Below are positions 10,722-22,661 of a stretch of 64,000 nucleotides of DNA, piece by piece. Under the pieces are notes generated by a model, which was not told where the DNA came from, did not search any database, and saw only the letters and a list, made by a program, of their open reading frames with translations. The DNA comes from Naegleria gruberi (Eukaryota): assembly GCA_000004985.1 (NCBI GenBank), contig GG738925.1. The stretch is one strand, 5' to 3'. Each line of letters starts with the position of its first letter. Within the stretch, counting starts at the first letter, position 1. Position numbers and translations under genes: made by a program.

Positions 10722-12192
10722 ATGACAAGACAAGAGACAACTGACTTTGAACCCAAATTAAAGAAACTCAAGCTTTCCCAACCAAGTGTATCTCTTACCA
10801 ACCTGACCTTTGAAATATTAGCAAATATTTTTGTCTATTTGGATCCAATAACAGATTTACTGCCAAATGTCATGCCTGTAAGTGAAAAGTTTTATCATGC
10901 GTTGGGAGGAAGAGATGAATTGCAGACTAAATTCCCTTTGTATAACAGAATCATTCTCAAACGTAGATTCCCCACCAAGAGAATGCACTGTAGTGAATCT
11001 TTCCTTCTGAGATTAGTCAACTTTATTTCAAGAACATCAACAAACTGTCAAGTGTTAAAAATTGGAGAAATGGCTGAAGATGAATTTGAGGACCGCCAAG
11101 AATCTGATTATGAATTATCCATTGATTTCTTTGAGCAATCTAACAAGAGTGGCTGTTTCAGAAATTTGAAGAAATTACATGTTTATTTCACGCCATTTTT
11201 CACCACAGAATTAGAAACTGAACGAAATGTCAAAATTTTACAAGAATGGTTTTCCAATTTGAAAGATTTGGAATCATTGAATTTGAAGAATGCTTTACCA
11301 CAATCTGTCATGAATACCATTTTGAAAGAATGCAAGAATTTGAGACATTTGACTTGTTCTGGGAATAATCTTGCCCAAATCGATGCAAATATTCCAATTT
11401 TGACTAATTTAGAGTCATTAGCGCCAATTCAATCAGAGAATGACATTTCTGCCTTCTTTTCAAAAGTTCCAAATTTGAAAAAACTAGTTTTTAATGATTA
11501 TTACGAAGTAATGACATTTATTGAAATTAGAAATAATTGTAAACTTTTGAAAGAGTTTCATTTTACTGAGAGATTTGCAAATACTGATGTTTTACATACG
11601 GTAATGCAAATGAATCAATTGGAAAGGATTTCAATTTCAGAAATTGAATGGGATTATGATTCTCTTTTCCATTTCGTTTCTCAGTTTAGTTTGAAACAGT
11701 TTAAAGATTCGTATGTCTTTTCGTTTTATTTGGAAGGACAAACAGCTTGCCTAGATCATTTGGTCAACTACCTTGGAGCATGTGGATGATTTCTTCCATA
11801 CTCAAGATCATTCCAAGTATTTACAAATGTGTAAAAAGTTCAAACAAGCAAGAATTTTAAATTTAACTCAACTCGAACCTACAATGAATCATGGAATAGT
11901 TAAGGATCTGTTTGAGGAATTGGAATATTTGAGAGAAATTAGGTTAAATGCTAGTGGAGAATTCGAAAGTGATGTCATTAAGCAACTTTTTCACTACTTT
12001 GGAGAAGAAAATAAGATTAGTTCAGTTTCACTTGTTCCTATTGGAAACACCTTCACAGTCAAAATTAAAACTCAAAAGAGAGGAGATTTAACATTAAGGG
12101 TGAAAGTAGTATCAAATGATCTTCTTGGACTGGAAGATGAAGAAGAAGAGAATCGGTTTGAGGCTTCTTTCAAAATTTATGTATTCGAATAA
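10722..12192 (+). CDS. F-box / leucine-rich-repeat protein; reading frame shifts once near 11755-11789 (possible pseudogene or sequence error)
   Basis: N-terminal F-box (LTFEILANIFVYLDPITDLL) then LRR-like units (LKNLKKLHVYF, LKDLESLNLKN, CKNLRHLTCSGNNL). ORF 10722..11789 and ORF 11773..12192 overlap in different frames. The second frame opens only after a stop at ~11752 and continues the LRR-like sequence (ARILNLTQLEPT, LEYLREIRLN). No GT..AG intron reconciles the two frames: a 35-nt GTATGT..ACAG candidate gives a third, closed frame. Confidence 0.5.
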
Positions 12193-12338
12193 TTTTGAAT
12201 AAATATAATTTCTAACTTTACTGTAGATTGTTACAAAATATGTTAAGACTAAATTGGGAATTCCCTTCTCTAAATTCTTCACCATCATGTCACTTGTTAA
12301 AAACATCAATCAAACAAATCAAAAAAAATCACACAACA

Positions 12339-15122
12339 ATGCGAAGCAAACTAGAGAGTGATTCTGAACCGAAAACAACATCATCCAACAACACTACCAA
12401 TGGTACCCAAGAAGCAGAAGAACAACAGTTTGATTATGTCGAGAAGGAAATTGACGAAGATTTAATTTGTTCCATTTGTTTACTTCCTTTCGTTGATCCA
12501 ATTTCACATAATTCTGATGCATGTGGAAATACTTTCTGTTTGAAATGTGTTGAAAAGGTTTCGGATTGTCCAATGTGTAGAGAGGTTGATTTTAAGAAGA
12601 ATTGTTCTAGTGCTAAAACTATTGCCAAATTGTTGGACAAATTGAAGGTCAAGTGTGGAATGTGTAAGAACATTGTGTTGAGAGGTGAATTAAAAGTACA
12701 TCAGGAAAAGTATTGTCCTCTTCATGAAGCTTATCAACAAGTGGAAGAATTCAAGAAGAAATTGGAACAAGAATTCCAACAAAAGTCAGAAAAACTTCAA
12801 AGAGAACATGAAGAATTGATAGAAATTGTCAAAGCTGAGATGGAACAACATTTGAGAGAGGCTAAAGAGAATTTGGCAAAACTTGAAGAAAATCTTTTAC
12901 AACAATTCAAAAAGAAGGAAGAATTGTTGGAAAGTAACATGAAGGAACGTGAAAGTAGAATATTGACAAGAGAAAAACTTGAGAATAGCAACAAACCAAT
13001 TCATATAAATGTCAGAGGAACAATCATGACAGTTTCATTGGGTGATTTCATTCATAATGAAAGAGAATCTGATAATTTATTCAAGAAAATGTTCACAGGT
13101 CAACATCCATGTTATCAAACACCTTCCAAGCAATTTGATGACTCAATTTATTTCATTGATTGTGATCCAAATGTTTTCAAACATATGATTGAATGGTTAC
13201 AATATGGTGAGATTGCTGAATTGAGTAATGATATGAGACGATCAGTTTTAAATGCCTGTAAAAAGTTTGGATTGACAAATATGTCAAACGACTTATCAGA
13301 AAGTATTAACAAAGAAAGTAATTCAAAACAAATCATGCCAATGTCACAATTTGACTTTATGAACATTGTTAATCTTACCAGAAGTCAAAAGAGTGCTTTG
13401 AATTTGAGTGGCCTCGATTTACGTAAATTGGTTATTAACAATACAAATTTAGAAAAATCAGAAATTATTGGATCTGATTTCAGTGGAATGAATTTGAAAC
13501 AAACCAATTTCAAAGGAAGTAATTTGAGAGGATGTAATTTCAGTAATTGTGATTTGACAAGTGTAAACTTACAAGAGTGTGAATTAGATGATTGTAATTT
13601 CTCAAATGCAATTTTGGGTAAAACTAATTTTTCCAAATCAAGCTTGTTGAATATCAATTTATCAAATGCCATTTATAAGGAAACAAAGTTTATTGGAGCT
13701 AAATTTGAGAATGTTACAGGCTTCCAAAATAGAAAGCTCGGTTCATTAGATTTCTCCAATTCATCTTTCAAATCAATTGAGTTTTGCAATTCAGATTTGT
13801 CAAATTCAAACTTTACCAATTGTAATGCAATTGATTGTAACTTGGAAAGTACCATCTTGCGCAAAACAAACTTTGAAAAATCACAATTCGATAATTGTAG
13901 ATTCAATAACAAGTGTAAATTTGAAGAAACCAGTTTTAAAAATAGTTCCATGAAGAATGTTAGTGGTTTAATTGGAATTGATTTGGTTAGAGTTGACTTG
14001 TCCAACTGTAAATTAACCAAAACAGATTTTACAGTTTCTTATATTTTTGAAACTAATTTTCTTAATTGTAACTTTTGTATGGAAGTATTGAGATCCAAAC
14101 ACAATATTATTTCTAATTGTGATCTTTCAGGATTATTTTTAAATGGAGATTTTACAGGATTCAAATTTGAAAATGTTAAATTTACAAATACAAATATTGA
14201 GAAATCGAAGTTTGAAAATTCAACATTTGTAAAATGTAAAATTCAAATGAACTTTAAAAAGGACTCTTTACAACATTGTAATGTTATTGAATGTGATTTT
14301 AATGGCTCAATATTCGAAGAAATTGATTTTACTCTAATCCAAGCCAATTTAGAAACCAACTCTTTTAATAATTGTGTTTTTAAGAATGCAGATTTGAGAG
14401 AATTGAAAGATTTATCAAAATTCCTAGGATCTACATTTGATGCATGTTTATTTAATTTTAAAGAATTTACAAACAAACACATTCAAAAAATTCATTTCCA
14501 AAATATTAACTTACAGGATTTAGGAGGATTTAAATTTTCTGCCATTACTGTGGATATTCCTTGGTTTAATTTATTATCTTCCTCTGTTATTGTTAATAGT
14601 TGTGATATTGCAATTGGCTGTGAATTATATTCAAACACTAAAAGTAAATCAATTCCTCAATTATTATACAGAGGATCGAGAGATGGATTCAAAGCAGAAC
14701 ATTTTCATTCAAAATGTGATAATCAAGGTCCAACATTAACAATTATCAAATCAGAACACAATCAAATATTTGGCGGTTTCACATCAAAATCTTGGAGATC
14801 CCGAAGTGGAGAATGTGTCACAGATTCATCAGCATTTATTTTCAAAATTACAGATTCAAACGGAAGTTATCAATTCGAACACTTCAAAATCCAACGAGAG
14901 GAAAATGCCATTCTGGTAAACCAGTATTATTTGGCATTGTTTGGTGCTGACATTCAGATTGAGAGTGATTGTAATTTGAATTACAGGTCACGTTCAAACT
15001 TGGGCAGTTATTATGAATTACCAAAAGGTTACCAAAAGGGAAGTAATGAAGCAAATAATTACTTGGCAGGAAGTTACTACTTCAAGGTTTCAGAAATTGA
15101 AGTTTTTAAAATTAACCAATAA
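12339..15122 (+). CDS. Multidomain protein: degenerate RING + TRAF-type zinc finger + coiled coil + BTB/T1 (KCTD-like) + pentapeptide repeats + C-terminal TLDc domain (KCTD9-like architecture with extra domains)
   Basis: CSICLLPF..CGNTFCLKC..CPMCR is RING-like. VKCGMCKNIVLRGELKVHQEKYCP is a zf-TRAF-like C-x2-C..H..C pattern. IHINVRGTIMTVSLGDFIH..YFIDCDPNVFKHMIEWLQYG is a T1-type BTB. A long run of A(D/N)LxX pentapeptide repeats follows (NLRGCNFSNCDLTSVNLQECELDDCNFSNAIL...). The C-terminus LLYRGSRDGFKAEHFHSKCDNQGPTLTIIKSEHNQIFGGFTSKSWRS...SAFIFKI matches the TLDc signature. Start chosen at the ATG with a caacaATG context (12339); the tool ORF opens at 12228. Antisense ORFs 13385..14020 mirror the repeats and are rejected. 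Confidence 0.75.
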   Translation: MRSKLESDSEPKTTSSNNTTNGTQEAEEQQFDYVEKEIDEDLICSICLLPFVDPISHNSDACGNTFCLKCVEKVSDCPMCREVDFKKNCSSAKTIAKLLDKLKVKCGMCKNIVLRGELKVHQEKYCPLHEAYQQVEEFKKKLEQEFQQKSEKLQREHEELIEIVKAEMEQHLREAKENLAKLEENLLQQFKKKEELLESNMKERESRILTREKLENSNKPIHINVRGTIMTVSLGDFIHNERESDNLFKKMFTGQHPCYQTPSKQFDDSIYFIDCDPNVFKHMIEWLQYGEIAELSNDMRRSVLNACKKFGLTNMSNDLSESINKESNSKQIMPMSQFDFMNIVNLTRSQKSALNLSGLDLRKLVINNTNLEKSEIIGSDFSGMNLKQTNFKGSNLRGCNFSNCDLTSVNLQECELDDCNFSNAILGKTNFSKSSLLNINLSNAIYKETKFIGAKFENVTGFQNRKLGSLDFSNSSFKSIEFCNSDLSNSNFTNCNAIDCNLESTILRKTNFEKSQFDNCRFNNKCKFEETSFKNSSMKNVSGLIGIDLVRVDLSNCKLTKTDFTVSYIFETNFLNCNFCMEVLRSKHNIISNCDLSGLFLNGDFTGFKFENVKFTNTNIEKSKFENSTFVKCKIQMNFKKDSLQHCNVIECDFNGSIFEEIDFTLIQANLETNSFNNCVFKNADLRELKDLSKFLGSTFDACLFNFKEFTNKHIQKIHFQNINLQDLGGFKFSAITVDIPWFNLLSSSVIVNSCDIAIGCELYSNTKSKSIPQLLYRGSRDGFKAEHFHSKCDNQGPTLTIIKSEHNQIFGGFTSKSWRSRSGECVTDSSAFIFKITDSNGSYQFEHFKIQREENAILVNQYYLALFGADIQIESDCNLNYRSRSNLGSYYELPKGYQKGSNEANNYLAGSYYFKVSEIEVFKINQ

Positions 15123-15251
15123 AAATAATTGAATCATTTCAAATTATTGTGTACATTATTTATTACTCCTGTACAATTTACCTTTACACGATTTAGTATA
15201 GCTTAGCTATAGTTTAGATGTTTGTTTACATTCTTTTTACACAGCTTTTGT

Positions 15252-17702
15252 TTACAATTGTTGTTCATTGACCTTTTCAATGGTGCTCAAAATATGTTTT
15301 CCGTAAGGTAACTTTTTGATCTTTTCTTGATGTGGTTTCACAGCCTCAGTAATTGTCTTTCTTTGACTGGCATCACAAGTTTCAATAATCTTTTGAATGA
15401 CATAGTTTGCAAATTGATCTTTCATCATTGCAAAGAGTGGAGTCTCTGAAATATCTCTTGATGTGATATCTCCAATGAGTTCAGTGATCATATTGTCACG
15501 TTCCTTCTTATTGGCTTGTTGGAAACATTTTTCAATAACATTGGAAGCAAACTTATTGATTGACAATTCTTGAATCTTCTTACTCAAGGCTGCAATAATC
15601 AATGACTTGAAAGTTGGTTTACCACGATCGAGAACATGTTGGACAACATAATTTCCGTATGGATCGACAACCAAAGCCAAAATATTGTCTAAAATTTCTT
15701 GCAAAATTGGGACTGTTTGACCTTCTGTACAATGTTCCAAAATACGTTGGATGACACGGCAGCCATAATTATGGATAGCTTGTTCATAAACTTTTCCTTT
15801 GAATCCATCGACAATGAATTGAATAATCTTTGGTGGTACACGTTCAATACACTTTTGAATGACGTGATTACCATTTTGATCTTGTACACACCTCATTACA
15901 TTACCCTTTAATTCACTAACAACAGTATCCTTATCATCATTATCAATAACTTCCAATGCCTTTTGAATAACTCTACAACCATAGGTTTGCAAGGTCAAGT
16001 TCAAGACATTTCCTTGTAATTCCTTTGAGAGTTTCTTCTTTTGAGGAGCATTACCAAATTCAAAGAATTTTTGGATAACATAATTACCAAACACGTCAGT
16101 CATTAATGATAAGGCATATGGTTGAATTTCCTTAAAGATTAATTCCTTTTCACTATTTGAAGCCTTTTCTAACTTTTGTTGGATGAATCTGGAACCATGT
16201 TGATCTCTTGAGAATTCCACAACATGACCAACAATATCATGAAGTTCAAACTTGCGGCCAGATCTTCCATTCTTGAATTCATCCATGAGAGGTGACATTT
16301 GAGTTTGTTGTTCACTACGTTCTGAAGTTGTATTTTGATGATTCTTTGATTTTCTTGAATGGTTATCATGTGATGCAGAGTTTCTATCACCTCTTCCTGA
16401 CTTATTGCCTCCATTAGAGTTTGGAGCCGAATTAGAGTTACTATTTACTGGTTGATTATTAACATTACCACCAGAGGTTGGTGAAGTATTAGCATTATTA
16501 ACAAGACCTCCGACCTTTTGAATATTTTGAGGAGGATAATGGTGTGATTGTGGATATTGATTTTGATGGAATTGATTAGCATATGGAACATTATTAGAGA
16601 CCATTTGTTGTTCAACCGGTATATGTGAACCTTGAGGTTGAACCATAAAAGGTTGAACATAATATGGTGGAACACCAAAATATGGTGGTGCGTTTTGAGG
16701 AGGTATTTGATTTCTCATATTATTTGGAGCATTTGTATACATTCCATCCCTCATTACTACTACCTTATTATAGTTTTGATAATATTCCATTTGTTGTTGT
16801 TGTCCATTAAACATCATTGGAGGATAATCAGCAGAACCCATCCATTGTTGTTGTTGTTGCTGATTCAAATTAACATGTTGGAATTGTTCTTGTAATTGTT
16901 CTTCCTCTTGATCCAAATCAGCGTTTTGATGATAACCGTGTTGTGGATAAGGAACCTTCCTTACATTATTTCCAATCATTTCATTGTTAGATTCATAGTA
17001 ACCTCCTCTTCCAGCTTTCTTTGGTTGAGGTTGTTGAATCTTTGGATAATGATGATGAGAGGTGGAAGACTCTTGTGGAAGAACTTGTTGAGCACCATTT
17101 GAAGTTGTGTTAAACATGACTGCTGTATCCTTATTCATTTGATTGAAGACTGGAGAAGGTGTTCTTGGAAAATCTTGTTGAATTTGATCCAAAACTGATC
17201 TTGGTTTACTCTTCTTTTCTTCACCAACAGCTCCAGGTGAGCTTGGAGGTTGAGTCTCATCCTTTCTCCAACTAGTAGTAAGAATTGGAGGTGGAAGTCT
17301 TGGATTAAGATTCTTGTGTGAATAGTAATAATCATAATATTGAGGATTAGAACGAATATAGAGCTCATTAGCATTTGTGTTTGTTGGTGTATTTGGTTGT
17401 TCATCGAGTGTTTCTTGTGGAGGAGCCGAACTACTTCTATTCATATATGAACCGTGTAATTCTGCGCCACTTGTAACAATAGATGTTAATTTCTTAATAA
17501 TAGGCGGTCTAATAGAATTACCATTGTTACCATTATTATTATTGTTATTGCCGGCAACACTTGGTGAATTATTCATAGGAAGTGAATTGTTATCCGATGA
17601 TATTCCCATGTTGTTCATCTTGTTTTCAATGATAAATTGTCTGAGTTGAGAACCTTGGTTATTTGGTTTTCCGTAATTTATATTTTGTTGATGGTCAAAC
17701 AT
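15252..17702 (-). CDS. Pumilio-family (PUF) RNA-binding protein, 816 aa
   Basis: C-terminal eight PUF repeats with canonical cores: [84 protein letters not shown]. The N-terminal two-thirds is N/Q/P-rich low complexity ([17 protein letters not shown]). Confidence 0.9.
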   Translation of the reverse strand: MFDHQQNINYGKPNNQGSQLRQFIIENKMNNMGISSDNNSLPMNNSPSVAGNNNNNNGNNGNSIRPPIIKKLTSIVTSGAELHGSYMNRSSSAPPQETLDEQPNTPTNTNANELYIRSNPQYYDYYYSHKNLNPRLPPPILTTSWRKDETQPPSSPGAVGEEKKSKPRSVLDQIQQDFPRTPSPVFNQMNKDTAVMFNTTSNGAQQVLPQESSTSHHHYPKIQQPQPKKAGRGGYYESNNEMIGNNVRKVPYPQHGYHQNADLDQEEEQLQEQFQHVNLNQQQQQQWMGSADYPPMMFNGQQQQMEYYQNYNKVVVMRDGMYTNAPNNMRNQIPPQNAPPYFGVPPYYVQPFMVQPQGSHIPVEQQMVSNNVPYANQFHQNQYPQSHHYPPQNIQKVGGLVNNANTSPTSGGNVNNQPVNSNSNSAPNSNGGNKSGRGDRNSASHDNHSRKSKNHQNTTSERSEQQTQMSPLMDEFKNGRSGRKFELHDIVGHVVEFSRDQHGSRFIQQKLEKASNSEKELIFKEIQPYALSLMTDVFGNYVIQKFFEFGNAPQKKKLSKELQGNVLNLTLQTYGCRVIQKALEVIDNDDKDTVVSELKGNVMRCVQDQNGNHVIQKCIERVPPKIIQFIVDGFKGKVYEQAIHNYGCRVIQRILEHCTEGQTVPILQEILDNILALVVDPYGNYVVQHVLDRGKPTFKSLIIAALSKKIQELSINKFASNVIEKCFQQANKKERDNMITELIGDITSRDISETPLFAMMKDQFANYVIQKIIETCDASQRKTITEAVKPHQEKIKKLPYGKHILSTIEKVNEQQL

Positions 17703-18634
17703 TTTCTTATTGTGTATTATTGTTGTATGAAATTTAATAGATCTGAGATACGTGTCTATTCAATAGTAACTTGTATACAGAAAAGGTATATTCAATATTA
17801 CAGGTTGTTATTTAAACAATATCTAGTGATAATGTTATTGTTTGGTCGTCTTTCTTTTTACAAGGTAATAACAAAATATATAAAATATATACACGTATGT
17901 ACTACTAGAGGATGATGATGATTAGAAAGTAGAATGCTACTTGTATATTTACGTAAATATATATTAGATAGAGAGAGAAAATACACTCTTCAAATCTTCT
18001 CCAAAAAAACTTTGCAAATAATACTACTTTCCAAAGACTTTAGAGGAATTACTCTCTTTAGCTTCTAGTCGTGATGGTCTGTCGGGTTGTTGTTGTTGTT
18101 GTCGCAACAAGAGTGTTGGTCTCAAAGTGTCTCTTTTTCTTGCCGAGTTGTTGTAGAACTCTAGAATCGAACCAAGAATGTGAGTTTTCAAAATTTTTTC
18201 GGGTTGAAAAATTGTCTTTTCTCTTCTTTGTTGTTGGTGCAAGACCAAATAATAACAAGCTTTACCAGAATTATCTTTGTTGTGTGTGTTGAAGACAACA
18301 CTTCGAAAACCGCGGTTCAAAGAGAGGTGAAAGGAAGAAGAAATTTACTGTAATTTTACTTATCGTACGGTTGTTAAAACAACAACAGCACAGAAGGAGC
18401 ACAGTTGAAAAGCAACTAGGATGATGAGGACTAATTGATTCTCTGTGATGGAATATTTGGTAATAATAATAATAATAATATATTGATGATAGTAGAATTA
18501 AATATAATTATAACCAATCAACAATCACAGTAATAATAATATCAAGATATTTAAATTGTGAATTGGAAGATGATTGTAATATTGAATTTAATTGTTCCCT
18601 GTTCGTAATTGATAGCAACAATTAAAACAAAAAA

Positions 18635-19516
18635 ATGTCATTACGGGATACCTTGCTTGAACAGATCAGAAGTAGACGAACACTCGTAGAACAAGGAGAA
18701 AAGAGTATTTTGGAAACGCCCATCTTTCATGGAATAACGTCCAATGGTTTAATGGTGCATTTCACTCAATTTTTCAACAATGATTTGTGTAGTGATTTTA
18801 AATTAATATTAAAGAGGAAAGATCCATCTCAGGTGAATGAATTGGATGCTTATGGAAATAGAAAGTTGAATGTAATTTATGCTCATAAATTTGTGTTGGC
18901 ACAATCAGAGTGGTTCAGAACAATATTTGAGAGTAACATGATGGAACAATTAACGAATGAATTGATCGTGGATGAGAATGAGGAAAATTTGGATACATTT
19001 ACTGCCATGATTGCAATGATGTATGGCAATTATGTTCCATCATTTTCAAGTTTAAATTCTACTCTGGTGATAGATCTTTTAGTTTGCTTTGACAAGTATC
19101 AGGCAACTCAGCTATTTGATAGGGTAATTGCTGGGCTCGTTAAAAACTTGGCACGTGATACACCCAATTATAGATCAGTTAACTTGTTGCACATCTTTTC
19201 AATGTTTGGAGATCGAACCAAATCCAAAGAATTACATGCCTCAATTCTAACACTACTTGTTACACCTCTTTGGACGAAAGGTGTACGAGTTTTGAGACCT
19301 GAAGTTTTCAGTAATGATGAGTTTATGGATTTTTTCAACAAGCAAGATTTCAACTCGTGTTACTTCTTTTTGGAAGAATTTGTGAGAGCCACTCATGCCT
19401 TCGATCTTATTTGTCAATCTATTGATAATTGGATTAAATTTGATGAGGCAGATCGATTTGATAAAGGATTTTTATTGTACAGAGTAGCTCTGAATGCTCA
19501 CAAGTTAATTAGATAA
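18635..19516 (+). CDS. BTB/POZ domain protein, 293 aa
   Basis: SDFKLILKR..LNVIYAHKFVLAQSEWFRTIFES...LIVDENEENLDTFTAMIAMMYG matches BTB fold hallmarks. caaaaaaaATG start context. Confidence 0.65.
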   Translation: MSLRDTLLEQIRSRRTLVEQGEKSILETPIFHGITSNGLMVHFTQFFNNDLCSDFKLILKRKDPSQVNELDAYGNRKLNVIYAHKFVLAQSEWFRTIFESNMMEQLTNELIVDENEENLDTFTAMIAMMYGNYVPSFSSLNSTLVIDLLVCFDKYQATQLFDRVIAGLVKNLARDTPNYRSVNLLHIFSMFGDRTKSKELHASILTLLVTPLWTKGVRVLRPEVFSNDEFMDFFNKQDFNSCYFFLEEFVRATHAFDLICQSIDNWIKFDEADRFDKGFLLYRVALNAHKLIR

Positions 19517-19958
19517 AGGCTATATTTGATAGTTCAACCAATACAATAATTTGGATAGGAGATTTATCAAGTCATATTACCTATGTTTACAACCATCACG
19601 TATAGATCACAAACTTCCAAACAACACGTTTCTGCTTATGGATGTCTATTTGCTCGAAAACGGTTATATGCTCTCCGCTTTATTTAGCGAGTTGCCTCCT
19701 TAATTGTACAGACGAGTGTGGCAAGGTTCTCCTTAAAACCTTAAAAAAATATCATCACATCACCGCTTCTCGCCACTCAAGTTTTATAAAAGGGCAAACC
19801 GAACTCATCAGAGTAAGGCTAGATTAAGCATCATATTTCTCTCTATTATTTAAATAATTATTGTATTATTTAACAATAGCAACCATTAATAATAACCTAA
19901 GGAAAGAGAATTGTTCACTTCAACAATAATTTATTAAATACAATCTGGATAACAGAAA

Positions 19959-22661
19959 ATGACAACAGCTAAGGTAATGCCTATGGCAGCACAGCCTTCC
20001 GCAGCTTCTTTTCTTGTAACCACACATGCCAATTCATATGTAGGAGGTTTGAAGACACAAGAATCAGCGGCTTCAATGGCTCCCACATCTATTGGATCAT
20101 TTGTTGTAGCTAAGGTATGTTTTTCGATATCTTTCCTTACTAAATTGTTCATATCACATGATGATAAAATGCTGAATCACCAACTACATAGAATGACGAC
20201 CCACATACTGATGAACCAAATGCTGATGACACAGAATCATACTTTAACAAATTCAGTGTTTGTTGTGAATGTTCCATTCGAACTACATTAATAATTCTCA
20301 TCTCAAGTTTAGTCTTACTCAGTATTGTGATTGTTGTAGCAACTTTCTGTGCATCCTTCCTTCCAGGATTCCTCTCAGTTAGTAATGACAAACGAGATAA
20401 TGACTTTTTAAATATTGTAAACTTTTCAGAGAAAACATTGAAAGAATTGGTCATTACTAATAAGGTTACACAAATGCAATTTGAAGCAACCTATTCAATG
20501 TATAATTACGAAGATACCGAGTTGAAAATATTCAGAGCATTCAAAGCAGAACATATTTACCATGATGAAATATTCGTGACGACATATGTTGGCGATAGTT
20601 ATGGAACAGCAATTTGTATCATGAAGTGGACAGATGGGCCAGCCTACTTGAATATTTCACTTGTTCATAACGAGTTTCACTATTGCAAAGATTGGGAGAA
20701 CACTAACTTTTGCAACAGGTCTGTAACTCCGGACATATCTGATAATCCCTTCGATTTATCATACCTTGTGCAGGTTTGTAATGAAAATCCCGGAAAGGTG
20801 GTGTATTCAGAGAGTTATGCTGATCCTTCTATGCCAGATATGACTTTTATTACACTGCTGAATTGCGTTCCTAAAAAGACAAACAATGTGAAACCAGGAA
20901 GTACTTTTGAGTATTACTATGCTATTGATACAACAACATCCACAATTTCTTCAAATCTGAAATCATCTACGAAACAGATAGAAGGATCCCATGCATACAT
21001 TGTTGAGGCCAACACTGGTTTCATGATAGCAAGTAAGTAATTTTTTAAACTCGAAAATCATCAACCATTATTCAAAAGCTTATGATAATTCACCACTCAT
21101 GTCTTGGAGCGCAGACCATGAACTGATAAGACTTAAACCTAATGAGTGTGCAAATGAGGAAATTAGAGTAGTGGATGAAAGAATTAAAGAATTATTCCCT
21201 AAGGGTTATAGCACTATAGATGAAGGAAAGGTGTTTTCTTCTACAGCTGATGATCATTTTGTTCTATTCAAAAGATTAAGGACAGATTATGGAATCGATT
21301 GGGTATTCGTTCTGGCAGCTCCAACATGGAATTACAATGCACCAATTGGTATTGCACTTATTGCTTCATTTGGAGGTAGTATTATTGCTATCCTAATCAG
21401 TGTAATTGCTGCTGTTGTAGTTTCTGTGAGGTTGGTGAAACCATTCCATGTCTTGATTGAAATGATTACTTCCATTTCGACAATTGATATAGAACCTGCA
21501 GATCTTTCAAATACTATTTTCACAGAGGTCAGAGAACTTCAATACCAATTTTATCAAGTGGTGAAGAGGTTGAAATTGTATAGATCGTTCATTCCTCCCC
21601 ATTTAATTCAGGAAATTGAAAAACTGGAAAATGAAACTGATGAATCAAAGCAAAATGATATGATCAAGCAAGTATCTCATCAAAATGGCCTCCTTCAAAA
21701 AGGATCAAGTACCTCTCTTATGTCTGCCTCTGGTCACAACTTTTCCTCAAGAAAGAAAAAGATGTCCAAATCCACTCTGAACAGATTTGCATTGTATCTC
21801 GAAAAACGAGTTGTAACTGTTATTTACATGTCTATGGATGGTATATTGGATTGTCTTGATGTTATGGAGCATTCAGATATTGTTTTCATGCTTGGTGACG
21901 TTTTTGAACAAGTGAATCAAATAGGAAAAACAACTTCTGGTTTAGTTTACGGATTTGAAAATGGAGCCTTAATGATTGCTTTCAATGCTTCATCTAATCA
22001 AGTAGCACATCAAGAAAAAGCAGCCACAACCACTCTCACATTGATTGGAAAATTGGATAACGTGAGAAAAACCAAGTGGACTCAAGCTCACTCATTCAAA
22101 TCTAGCAGACAAATTTCTTACATGTTGGATAATATTTCTTTCAGATTCTGTATTACTTCAAGGGAATCCACCTGCGGAAATGTTGGTACAAACGATGCCA
22201 AGATATTTAGTATTTTCGGAAACTTGAGACAGGAATTTGAACTGATGGCTTCAGTGGCAAGAGAAGTTGGAGTCCAAGTGCTTGTAACAGAACAAATTTA
22301 CCAAGTGGTAAATCAAGTATTTGTATTGAGATACATTGAATCTAAGGAAATGTCACTTCCATTCCCTTCTGTTCAAGAATCAGATTCTCGTGGCAAGGAA
22401 GAGTGTCATCTTTACGAACTTATTGAAAGCAAGGTAGTTCAGAATGATGAATGGATGTTTGAATTGGAAGAAAAGAAGAGAAAAGAAAAGTGGAAACTTT
22501 ACAATGAAGCATGCACCTTTTACAAAGATAAGAAACTGGACCATGCGTTGGATTTGTTAAAAATCTTCTTATCAGACCAGCCAAATGACAGACCAACTCA
22601 ACACTTAATTGCTGCATGTCTGCACAAATTACAAGAGAGTGACAAACATTCTAATAAATAA
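19959..22661 (+). CDS. Receptor-type adenylyl cyclase resembling germination adenylyl cyclase ACG (extracellular sensor domain, TM, class III cyclase domain); 3 exons: 19959..20114, 20192..21032, 21079..22661 (859 aa)
   Basis: Exon 1 (52 codons) ends exactly at GTATGT. Intron 1 (77 nt) ends ..catag in phase with the downstream frame. The TM segment TTLIILISSLVLLSIVIVVATFCASFL is followed by a ~230-aa Cys-containing ectodomain. Intron 2 (46 nt, GTAAGT..aaaag) joins in phase to a second TM (IGIALIASFGGSIIAILISVIAAVVVSV). The cyclase homology domain follows: RVVTVIYMSMDGILD, LGDVFEQVNQIGK, FRFCITSRESTCGNVGTNDAKIFSIFGNLRQEFELMASVAR. The total of 859 aa is within one residue of the 858 aa I recall for Dictyostelium ACG. 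Confidence 0.7.

Noticed and set aside
11711-11745. 35-nt GTATGT..ACAG intron to join the two F-box/LRR frames
   Set aside because: Its removal puts the downstream sequence into a third frame that terminates after ~35 codons; it does not reconcile the frames.
12434-14482. Series of minus-strand ORFs (79-115 aa) inside the pentapeptide-repeat gene
   Set aside because: Reverse-complement reading of the A(D/N)LxX repeat DNA yields open frames by composition. The sense strand carries coherent domains.
15689-17915. Multiple short ORFs on both strands within and around the Pumilio gene
   Set aside because: They sit inside a well-supported 816-aa CDS or in AT-rich flank. Hydrophobic, composition-driven products.
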